The notes under the pieces: generated by a model
The model's database searches: none
The model's input: the letters and a program-made list of their open reading frames with translations, nothing else
Told to the model about the DNA's origin: nothing
Made by a program: the position numbers and the translations under genes
In this document: piece after piece, positions 47,601 through 57,532 of the stretch
Layout of the letters: each line of letters begins with the position of its first letter
How positions within the stretch are numbered: position 1 is the first letter of the stretch
From: Macrostomum lignano
Lineage: Eukaryota
Assembly: GCA_002269645.1 (NCBI GenBank)
Contig: NIVC01000019.1
Coordinates: 868,001-932,000 of the forward strand
Length of the DNA: 64,000 nucleotides
Direction of reading: 5' to 3'

Positions 47601-50600
47601 AAGAAGCTCCTTTAATTTGGATCGCCTCTGATTGGCTACGGTAAGAGATTTCAAGGTCAGGCTAAAAATCACGCCACTCATGGAAGAAGCTCCTTTAATT
47701 TGGATCGCCTCTGATTGGCTACGGTAAGAGATTTCAAGGTCAGGCTAAAAATCACGCCACTCATGGAAGACGCTCCCTTTAATTTGAATCGTCTCTGATT
47801 GGCAACGGTATGAGATTTCAAGGTCACGCAAAAAATCACACCTCCGAACCGTGCATGCATAGTGGAAGTATAAAAACTCACAATACAAATGGCAGCAGTA
47901 GAAGCGGCGATAGCAGGTACATCTGCATATCATTGGCCAAGTACCAGGTGTGACCGAGGCACTGCAGAATGGAAAATAGAGATTACTTTGGTCTAGGAAG
48001 AAGCCTTCACATTCTAATTGAAATACAGTTACAATCTATGCCATTGCTTGCCAGTGATGTGATAAATTATGGCTTCAGAGCAGTTACGCCACTGTGCCAT
48101 CCTGCTTGTCAGAGACAAATGTTTTTTATTAGAGAGAAAATTATTTTGGTTTTTCAACGATTTGCTAAAATAAACAAGCGGGAACAGAATAAAGACTTGA
48201 TCGGCGCAAAAACCGTCTGACACGCGCACAATTTAATTTCGTGTCGTCAATATTTCCCAACACTTCTTTGCGCAAAATAATCAAAGCATCGAACTGAAAT
48301 TTTTTAATTCATCATCTCAGCTCCGCCGCTCCCTCCGCAGCCAGGCGATGAAATCCTCTGTCTTGAAGATCGTGGAGCCCGGCCCGACCTTCTGTTGGTA
48401 TTTCTTCAGGTCCTGCTTGCGAATACCCAGAGCGATGCGCTGACCAAACGTAGTTGTAAAGTACTTGTCGACCTCGCGAAACTCCAACTGGCCCGTCTCC
48501 TCTTCGTCGATGTTCTCGAATATCAGCTGCCAGGTCTCCTCTTCGCGGGCCTCCTCCGGGTAGATGCCGAGCAGCAGCTTGTACTCGCGCAGCGTGATCT
48601 TGCCGTCCCGGTTCGCGTCCAGCACTTCGAACATCTCCAGAGCCGACGACTCAGTCAGGCCGTCCTTCTTGCATACCGCCTTCAAGCCTTCGAATGTGAT
48701 GAAGCCGCGTTTCTCGGTGTCCACGTCGTTGAACCACTTCATCAGCAGCTGCTTGTCCGGCTTCTGCCGGGCCGCCGCCCCTGCCGCAGGCTGCTGCTGC
48801 GGCTGCTGACGCGACGAAAACTTCTGCGATTTGCCGCTGCGCTGCTGACTCCGCCGCGGTGAATTCTGACGGCCGTCCATGACTGTTCGGTGGTGCCGCT
48901 TGACGACTTCGTCGGTTTCACTACGCAAAACTGATTGACAGGCTTTGCAATCAAAACCAAGCGGGGGGGCCGTCGCATAGCACAGGGGGGATTGAGCGGT
49001 CGCTGCATTCTTTAGTATTAATCAGCTTTTGTTCCCGCCAACTGGGATGCTGGGTTCCGGCCATAGACAATTCTGCTGCCAGACTGATGCTTTTATGACT
49101 GATGTCTAAGCTGGGACTTTAGATCTGGTGGCTCTTACGAGGTTAGTGTATGAGGTGTTGTTATCAGCATTAGGAGTATAGGGGATTTGCACTGGCATCA
49201 CTCACATGTGGCAGTGAGGGATCGGGATTACCAGTTTGTGGTGGAGATTGGGGATCCGACATCTTCTGAGTAGGAATTATAGGGATCAGAATTTTGAGTA
49301 GGGATTTTTGAGATCAGAGATTTGGGATTCGACTTTGGAGTAGGGATTATTAAGATCAGGGGTTTGGGATCCGAATTTGGAGCAGGGATTATTGAGATCA
49401 GGGATTCGGGATCCGACTTTTGAGCAGGGATTATCGGGATCAGGGATTTGGAATCCGAATTTTCAGTAGGGATTATTGAGATCAGGGATTTAGTATCCGA
49501 CTTCTGAGTAGGGATTTGGGATCCGACTTTCGAGTAGGGATTATTGACATCAGGGATTTGGGATCCGACTTCTGAGTAGGGATTTGGGATCCGACTTTCG
49601 AGTAGGGATTATTGTGATCAGGGATTTTGGATCCAAATTTTGAGCAGGGATTATTGGGATCAGGGATTATTGGGATCAGGGATTTGGGATCCAAATTTTG
49701 AACAGGGATTATTGGGATCAGGGATTTGGGATCCGAACTTTGAGCAGGGATTATCGAGATTAGGTAGTGTTGATCCGACTTTTGAGTGGGGATTATTGAG
49801 ATCAGGGATTTGGGATTCGACTTTTGAGTAGGGAATATTGAGATCCGGGATTTGGCATCAGAATTTTGAGTGAGGATTATTGAGATCAGCGATTTGGGAT
49901 TAGAGTTTTAAGTAGGGATTATTGAGATCAGGGATTTGGGATCCGAATTTTGAGCAGGGATTATTGAGATAAGGGATTTGGGATCACAATTTTGAGTAGG
50001 GATTATTGGGATCAGGGAGCGGATATACGAGAATCCGAGTTCCTTTCTCCTCACTCACAGCAATGGAGTCGCCCACATTGGCAAAGTTCTGCGCATAGAA
50101 CATGAGCGCCCACCAAGACTTCGGACAGCCGGCCACATCCACTGGAGTCCGATCCGGCGATAGGAACGGCCCATTGCCGAAGTAGCCGGTCAGAGACCAG
50201 TGCCAGAACAGGAAGAACATCAACACGGGCGTCAGCCTCCAATAGCGATGGAAATAGAAGAGCGCCCAGAATTTCCAACTTCTCAAAGTACTCCGGCATT
50301 TCTCTTTGTCGGCGATGCCCACCTGGCGGCAGAACACGTAGGCTACCAGGGCGCCGCTGAGCATGAAGAATGAGTCCACTGAGGTGGTGGCGTTGATGAT
50401 GATTACGGCCTGCCAGCGCTTGCGAAAGTCGTTCAGGAGTTGCAGCGGGTTGTCTGGTGGGTGAGATTGGATGAGAATAGATTAAGATAAGATAGGGCTA
50501 TATCAAGATAGGGTTACACTAGCTCTAGATCTGATGAGACTATAGATCTCTGATAAGACTAGATCACTCTGATGAGACTAGATCACTCTGATGAGACTAG

Positions 50601-53600
50601 ATCACTCTGATGAGACTAGATCACTCTGATGAGACTAGATCACTCTGATGAGACTAGATCACTCTGATGAGAATAAATCTAGATTTAACGAGACTAGATA
50701 TATATTTGATGAGATTCTATATTTGATGAGACTAGATCTCTCTCATGAGACTAAATCACTCGTATGAAACTAGATCACTCTGATGAGACTAGATTACTCT
50801 GATGAAACTAGATCACTCTGATGAGACTAGATCACTAGTATCAGGATGATACGATCGTTTTCTAGGGTCGGTGAGGTTAGAAATTTCTAGAATCTGGGTG
50901 GGACTAGATCTCTAAAGAACAGAGATCCCTCATAAATCGGGGTGCGAATAGATCACTGAGGTTAGATTTCTCTGAGATTGGTGATGAGACTAGATCTCTT
51001 TGCAATCGGGTGAGATTAGATCAGCATGCGGTGCAGGCCCTCACCCAAAAGCGGGGCGATAAACAGTAGCGTGTGACCCAGAATGACCCAGAAGATGCTG
51101 AGCACTCGAATCCCATTGATGCAGCCAAGCGATCCGCCGGAAGCCGGAGCGAACAGCTTGTTGAGGTTGCTGCGCAGGCAGAAAGCTCGGCAGATGTCTC
51201 TGTAAACGTCTCCTGCAATGTGCGAACGCCTTGCTAGCATTAAAATGACCAAATGTACTTTTCAATTTGTCTAAAGTTCTACAGTGGATTCCGGTGACTC
51301 ACTCTGCGCCTCGGGATATCGCGAGTCAACGAAGGCGGTCACAGCCGTGGCCAGAAGTATGAGAAACACGAGCAGTCCTGTGAGACAGCTGCAGTTGAGG
51401 ATTGGCTGGATTGCTCTATGACCAGACACTCTGACCAACTACAATACTGTATGACCAACTAGAATACTCTATGACCAACTACAATACTCTATGACCCACT
51501 AGGATACTTTATGACCAACTATGATACTCTATGACCAGCTAGGATACTCTATGACCAACTAGGATACTCTATGACCAACTATTATACTCTATGACCAACT
51601 ACAATACTCTATGACCAACTGGGATACTCTATGACCAACTAGGATACTCTATGACCAACTATTATACTCTATGACCAACTACAATACTCTATGACCAACT
51701 AGGATACTCTATGACCAACTAGGATACTCTATGACCAACTATTATACTCTATGACCAACTAAAATACTCTATGACCAACTACAATACTCTATGACCAACT
51801 AGGATACTTCATGATCAACTAGGATACTCTATGACCAACTAGGATACTCTATGATCAACTGCAACATATACATGTGAGACACTGTATAATAAATTAAAAC
51901 ACTCTTATGACTAATTAAGACACCCCATAGCCAACCAAGATATTATATGACCAAACAAGACAACTTATGACCAATAGGACACTGTATGAACAATAATACA
52001 CACCGTGACTCACTAAGGCAACCCCCATGGAGAACTGAAACATTCTATGACGCATAATAAACTTTATGACCCACTAAGGCACCATATAGCTAACTAAGAC
52101 GCACACCTAGCAACTAGCATCCCAGAGCCCGCAGCACCCTCTCCCCGTCGCGCACATCACTGCGAGGGCGCCGCTGCTAAGTGGGTTGCTGGCCTCCACA
52201 TTCGTCTGCGCGCAGCCCTTCACCACCAGCTTGTAGGACTTGATGGTGTCCACTATGCCTCCGATGCCCGGCACTCCCTGCAGGATGGGGCCCAGCAGGT
52301 TGAGGACGATCTCCACCACTGGAATGTCGAAGATGATGCTGTTTTTTATTCAAGCTGAAGTCAGAATGATGGCCATTTAGATTTAGTGACAGAATTACAG
52401 CTAATGACAGAATTACAGTTAATGACAGAATTACAGCTAATGACAGAATTACAGCTAATTGTGATAGTCAGCCTGTGATAGTCAATTACAGCCAATGACC
52501 TCCTGTAACAGTTAATAACAGCTATATGACAGCCTGTGACAGTCAATTACAGCTTTATGACAGCCTGCGACAGTCAATTACAGCTAATGACAGCCTGCGA
52601 CAGTTAATTACAGCTGTATGACAGCCTGCGACAGTCAATTACAGCTAATGACAGCCTGTGACAGTTAATAACAGCTATATGACAGCCTGTGACAGTTAAT
52701 TACAGCTAATGACAGCCTGTGCCAGTCAATTACAGCTAATGACAGCCTGTGTGACAGTCAATTATAGCTAATGACAGCCTGTGACAGTCAATTACAGCTA
52801 ATGACAGTCTGTGACAGTCAATTACAGCTAATGACAGCCTGTGACAGCCAGTGACGCATACACGCATGTAAAAATTGAATGCCAGACTAGTACAGCGATT
52901 TACAGTCAAATAAATCCGAAATACAGCCAAATACAGCCAAATACAGCCATGAAAGACCCAACGCCGCAAGCCGGCAGATCCTCACCGAAATTGACAGCAA
53001 TCTCAGCGTCGATCCCTTTGCACGGATTCGGCAGGCACAGCGCCAGCTCCAGGCTGGTCTGCAGGCTGTCGCCACCGCTGAACGCCCGGCCTCCACTGTC
53101 AGTCGTTGAGTTGCCGCGGCTCTTCACGCCGAACATGCAATACCGACCGTTGGTATGTAACATCAGCGTACTCGTGTTGGTGCTGTCCTGGTACACCGGC
53201 AGCCGGATGCTTTCGCACTCCTCCCGGGACCCGATCCATCGGACATTGCCCAGCAGGATGCCCGCCTCCGGCTTGAAGATCGAATCCAGCCCTGGTAATG
53301 GGGGAGGGGGGCTGGTCATTGCCTGTCTCTCTGCCTGAGTCTCTGCCTTCTCCCTGCCTCTCTCCCTGCCTCTCTCCCTGCCTCTCTCCCTGCCTCTCTC
53401 CCTGCCTCTCTCCCTGCCTCTCTCCCTGCCTCTCTCCCTGCCTCTCTCCCTGCCTCTCTCCCTGCCTCTCTCCCTGCCTCTCTCCCTGCCTCTCTCCCTG
53501 CCTCTCTCCCTGCCTCTCTCCCTGCCTCTCTCCCTGTCTCTCTCCCTGCCTCTCTCCCTGCCTCTCTCCCTGCCTCTCTCCCTGCCTCTCTCCCTGCCCC

Positions 53601-54210
53601 TCTCCCTGCCTCTCTCCCTGCCTCTCTCCCTGCCTCTCTCCCTGCCTCTCTCCCTGCCTCTCTCTCTGCCTCTCTCCCTGCCTCTCTCCTGTCTCTCTCC
53701 TGTCTCTCGCCTGCCTCCGTCCCTTCCTCTCTCCCTTCTTCTCTCTCTGCCTCTCTCTCTCTCTTCTCTCTCTGCCTCCCTCCCTTCCTCTCTCCCTTCT
53801 CTCCCTGCCTGCCCCCTGCCGGTTAAACCCGCAGTCTCACATCGAAGAAACTGGTCCGACTCGGGCAAGTCGTTGCCGCCAACCAGGCCCAGGATGCTGC
53901 TCAGCAGGCTGCTGAACACGGTGCCGCACTCGGGCGACAGCTCCTGGAAGGCGTCGCCGCCTCGACGAGCCCGAAGCTCCACTGCCGAGGCCCGCAGCTT
54001 CTTGGCCGCCAGAGCCGGGTCGCGAGCCACCTCGCCAGCCGCGATGGCCAGAGCTCGCGCCAGCAGCTGCGGATTCACCTCCTCCTGCTGCTGCTGATGG
54101 TCTCTCCAAGAAGAAAAAGACGACGAAGAAGCAACGCAGACTCCTCCTAGAAGAAACAGCGCAAGCAAAGCCACCGGGGGGCTCCCATTTCTGCTACAAC
54201 TGAGCAGCAT
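44645..54210 (-). CDS. nrf-6: NRF-6 (nose resistant to fluoxetine 6)/O-acyltransferase-like protein: N-terminal NRF domain plus acyltransferase-3 domain, ~12 exons
   Basis: Exons (minus strand): 54210-53841, 53291-52986, ~52340-52140 (ends uncertain; a micro-exon may be missing), 51377-51303, 51212-51045, 50453-50059, 47961-47882, 47314-47165, 47034-46926, 46723-46531, 46011-45869, 44899-44645. Motifs WLDSIFKPEAGILLGN, GIRVLSIFWVILGH, VDSFFMLSG, HRYWRLTP, WYLANDMQ, YIKPYCR, LARLSYCAYIVH and VEAP. The symbol denotes the family, not orthology. Confidence 0.9.
45040..45795. repeat. Intronic minisatellite, 20-bp unit AATGACCGATTTCAGCTCCC
   Basis: ~37 copies. Confidence 0.95.
47475..47842. repeat. 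Intronic tandem repeat, ~84-bp unit (GAGATTTCAAGGTCA...CTGATTGGCTACGGTAA)
   Basis: ~4.4 copies. Confidence 0.9.
48317..48880 (-). CDS. Intronless calmodulin-like EF-hand protein, ~187 aa, nested in intron 6 of the NRF-6-like gene
   Basis: GC-rich ORF from ATG 48880. Loops DTEKRGFITFEG (non-canonical), DANRDGKITLRE (canonical) and DEEETGQLEFRE, plus a basic/Gln-rich N-terminus. The host exons on either side (50453-50059 and 47961-47882) splice in phase across it. Confidence 0.85.
   Translation of the reverse strand: MDGRQNSPRRSQQRSGKSQKFSSRQQPQQQPAAGAAARQKPDKQLLMKWFNDVDTEKRGFITFEGLKAVCKKDGLTESSALEMFEVLDANRDGKITLREYKLLLGIYPEEAREEETWQLIFENIDEEETGQLEFREVDKYFTTTFGQRIALGIRKQDLKKYQQKVGPGSTIFKTEDFIAWLRRERRS
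49255..50015. repeat. Intronic minisatellite, ~42-bp unit GAGTAGGGATTATTGAGATCAGGGATTTGGGATCCGACTTTT
   Basis: ~18 variable copies. Confidence 0.9.
50545..50835. repeat. Intronic minisatellite, 19-bp unit GATGAGACTAGATCACTCT
   Basis: ~14 copies. Confidence 0.88.
51415..51862. repeat. Intronic minisatellite, 20-bp unit CTCTATGACCAACTAGGATA
   Basis: ~22 copies, with a degenerate continuation to ~52100. Confidence 0.94.
52385..52850. repeat. Intronic minisatellite, 18-30-bp unit ACAGCTAATGACAGCCTGTGACAGTCAATT
   Basis: ~16 copies. Confidence 0.9.
53335..53815. repeat. Intronic 12-bp repeat CTGCCTCTCTCC followed by a CT-rich tract
   Basis: ~30 copies in NRF-6-like intron 1; source of the RERG and SPCL ORFs. 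Confidence 0.95.
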
Positions 54211-54789
54211 TGAGGCAAGCGGTAGAGAGCTGGAAAGGCAGACAAGAGAACTTCTGCAACCCAGAACCGTCTGGGCGCTGTGCTCTTTCTTGGCCGCGAT
54301 TTTAAATAAGCATCGCAAGGCGCAACCTGCTGAGGTTTTTTATCTAATCTGCCCTGGCTGAATAATGAAAGAGGCGTGCCGAGTCAGCCCCGGCCTCTAA
54401 AGCGCCCAGGTGGGACCACCACTTCATTCGTCCGATTATTTTCTCCGTTCTAAAGGCTACCGCTGGGGGCTGATCTTGCATAAAACAAGTAGCAAAAAGA
54501 ACTTCGGCTGCCTACGAGTGCAAACATTTGGAAACGAAATTCTTTAGTCAACAAATTTGGCGACATGTCCCGCCTCACAGCGTTGATGCAGAGCTGCCAA
54601 TTCCGCTGAATCCTGAGAACACGCATGTAAAAGTGCCGCCAATACATATACTGCATGCACGCAGGCCGCGCTGCACTCATAACACACGCTCACAACGGGG
54701 TGTATAGCGGTCCAGACTTTCTATTCGTCTCACTCAGGCATGTACACTCTCTGTGACTTGAGGCTTGGCTCTCATTGGTGTGAATCGCT

Positions 54790-56010
54790 GGGTTGCTGGG
54801 TTGTCTAGAAGGTTGCCTGGAAGGTTGCTGGGTTGTCTAGAAGGTTGCCTGGAAGGTTGCTGGGTTGTCTAGAAGGCTGCTGGATTGTCTAGAAGGTTGC
54901 TGGGTTGTCTAGAAGGCTGCCTGGAAGGTTTCTGGGTTGTCTAGAAGGCTGCCTGGAAGGTTTCTGGGTTGTCTAGAAGGTTGCTGGGTTGTCTAGAAGG
55001 TTGCTGGGTTGTCTAGAAGGTTGCCTGGAAGGTTTCTGGGTTGTCTAGAAGGTTGCTGGGTTGTCTAGAAGGTTGCCTGGAAGGTTGCTGGGTTGTCTAG
55101 AAGGCTGCTGGGTTGTCTGGAAGGTTGCTGGGTTGTCTGGAAGGTTGCTGGGTTGTCTAGAAGGTTGCCTGGAAGGTTTCTGGGTTGTCTAGAAGGTTGC
55201 TGGGTTGTCTAGAAGGTTGCCTGGAAGGTTGCTGGGTTGTCTAGAAGGTTGCCTGGAAGGTTTCTGGGTTGTCTAGAAGGTTGCTGGGTTGTCTAGAAGG
55301 TTGCCTGGAAGGTTGCTGGGTTGTCTAGAAGGCTGCTGGGTTGTCTGGAAGGTTGCTGGGTTGTCTGGAAGGTTGCTGGGTTGTCTAGAAGGTTGCCTGG
55401 AAGGTTGCTGGGTTGTCTAGAAGGTTGCCTGGAAGGTTTCTGGGTTGTCTAGAAGGTTGCTGGGTTGTCTAGAAGGTTGCCTGGAAGGTTGCTGGGTTGT
55501 CTAGAAGGCTGCTGGGTTGTCTGGAAGGTTGCTGGGTTGTCTGGAAGGTTGCTGGGTTGTCTAGAAGGCTGCTGGGTTGTCTAGAAGGCTGCTGGGTTGT
55601 CTAGAAGGTTGCTGGGTTGTCTAGAAGGTTGCTGGGTTGTCTAGAAGGTTGCCTGGAAGGTTTCTGGGTTGTCTAGAAGGTTGCCTGGAAGGTTGCTGGG
55701 TTGTCTAGAAGGCTGCTGGGTTGTCTAGAAGGTTGCTGGGTTGTCTAGAAGGTTGCTGGGTTGTCTAGAAGGTTGCTGGGTTGTCTAGAAGGTTGCTGGG
55801 TTGTCTAGAAGGTTGTTGGGTTGTCTAGAAGGTTGCTGGGTTGTCTAGAAGGTTGTTGGGTTGTCTAGAAGGTTGCTGGGTTGTCGAGAAGGTTGCTGGC
55901 TTGTCTAGAATAATGCTGGGCTGCCTAGAAGGTTGTTAGTTGTCTAGAAGGTTTCTGGCTTGTCTAGAAGGTTGCTGGGTTGTCTAGAAGGTTTCTGGCT
56001 TGTCTAGAAG
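54790..56010. repeat. Intergenic minisatellite, 20-bp unit GGTTGCTGGGTTGTCTAGAA with 12-bp GGTTGCCTGGAA inserts
   Basis: ~55 copies. Confidence 0.96.
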
Positions 56011-56627
56011 GGTATCAGTGCAGTAAGACCAGCTAATATCAAACAAGGGCAGTAGTCACTTGTGAAAATTTTGTTAAACACAGTAGGGGTTTAACGTACT
56101 GGCAGAAGATATTTGATATTTGATAAAGTCATTTAAGCAATTTGAGCACTTTTTGGAGCATGATTAACCTCTCGACAGAGAGCGCAGTCGCATTTTTTGT
56201 AAATCGAGCTGATAAAACTCAAACAAAAATGTTTCTGAAGCCCTAGAATAGACTGGATTTGCGGATAGATAAAACTAGTGAGCTTCTAAAGTAGCCCGAG
56301 CTTTACAAATCAACCCATATTTCGACATAAAAACTCCGGTTTGGCAATAAAAGAGCTAAGCTGGGTTGGCTATCTCACTTGATTTTTGTATCATTTCTGC
56401 TGTACCGACTTTATTTAATTATAATCATTTTGTTATATCGAGATAAAGAGCATTTTTATAACAAATAAAATAGTTCGTATAACCAAATAGGTACAAACTT
56501 TCTCCAAGGACTACTTGACTTTGTCGTCAAAGTCGTCCCTGACTTTTTCAAGCTTGACTTACTGACTGCATTTGAGACAATTCTGTCCATTTCGCTGACT
56601 CCTGAGTGCACGCAAGCGTGCCAATAC

Positions 56628-57346
56628 CAGCAACTGAGGCGCAGGCACCAAAGCCTGACAGCGCAACTAGCTCATTTTGGGCACTGGTAAAAGTACATGG
56701 CGCCCCTGGGTGCGTGCGGCCCTGGGTGCTGGCGCCCCTGGGTGCTGGCGCCCCTGGGTGCTGGCGCCCCTGGGTGCTGGCGCCCCTGGGTGCTGGCGCC
56801 CCTGGGTGCTGGCGCCCCTGGGTGCTGGCGCCCCTGGGTGCTGGCGCCCCTGGGTGCTGGCGCCCCTAGGTGCTGGCGCCCCTGGGTGCTGGCGCCCCTG
56901 GGTGCTGGCGTCCCTGAGTGCTGGCGCCCCTGGGTGCTGGCGCCCCTGGTTGCTGGCGCCCCTGGGTGCTGGCGCCCTGGGTGCTGGCGCCCCTGGGTGC
57001 TGGCGCCCTGGGTGCTGGCGCCCCTGGGTGCTAAACCCCTGGGTGCTGAACCCCTGGGTGCTAAACCCCTGGGTGCTGAACCCCTGGGTGCTAAACCCCT
57101 GGGTGCTAAACCCCCTGTTGCTAAAGCCCCTGGTGCTAAAGCCCCTGTTGCTAAAGCCCCTGGTGCTAAAGCCCCTGTTGCTAAAGCCCCTGGTGCTAAA
57201 GCCCCTGTTGCTAAAGCCCTGGTGCTAAAGCCCCTGTTGCTAAAGCCCCTGTTGCTAAAGCCCCTGGTGCTAAAGCCCCTGTTGCTAAAGCCCCTGTTGC
57301 TAAAGCCCCTGGTGCTAAAGCCCCTGGTGCTAAAGCCGACTCCGGA
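56628..57346 (+). mobile_element. Putative short interspersed element, copy 1: conserved ~75-bp head plus a 16/15-bp minisatellite tail, flanked by a 31-bp direct repeat
   Basis: The head TGAGGC(G/A)CAGGCACCAAAG(C/T)CTGACAGCGCAA(C/T)TAGCTCATTTTGGGCACTGGTAAAAGTACATGGCGCCCCTGG is shared with 59345. Flanks GACTCCTGAGT(G/A)CACGCAAGCGTGCCAATAC at 56597-56627 and 57347-57377. Confidence 0.6.
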
Positions 57347-57532
57347 GACTCCTGAGTACACGCAAGCGTGCCAATACTGTACGCATGCACGCACTCATGC
57401 ACAGCTCACAAAGGGTGTACATCGGCCTTGGCTTTCTAATCGTCAAGTAGGTACAATCTGTTTCTTGGAGGTTGGACTGTTTCGGGTTATTAATTTTTGA
57501 GTTGAATTGGTTCGTCACTGTTCATTCCACTG

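Noticed and set aside
48317-48940. EF-hand ORF as an alternative terminal exon fused to NRF-6
   Set aside because: The upstream host exon ends in phase 0. The nearby AG acceptors give an immediate stop or a different frame, not the EF-hand frame.
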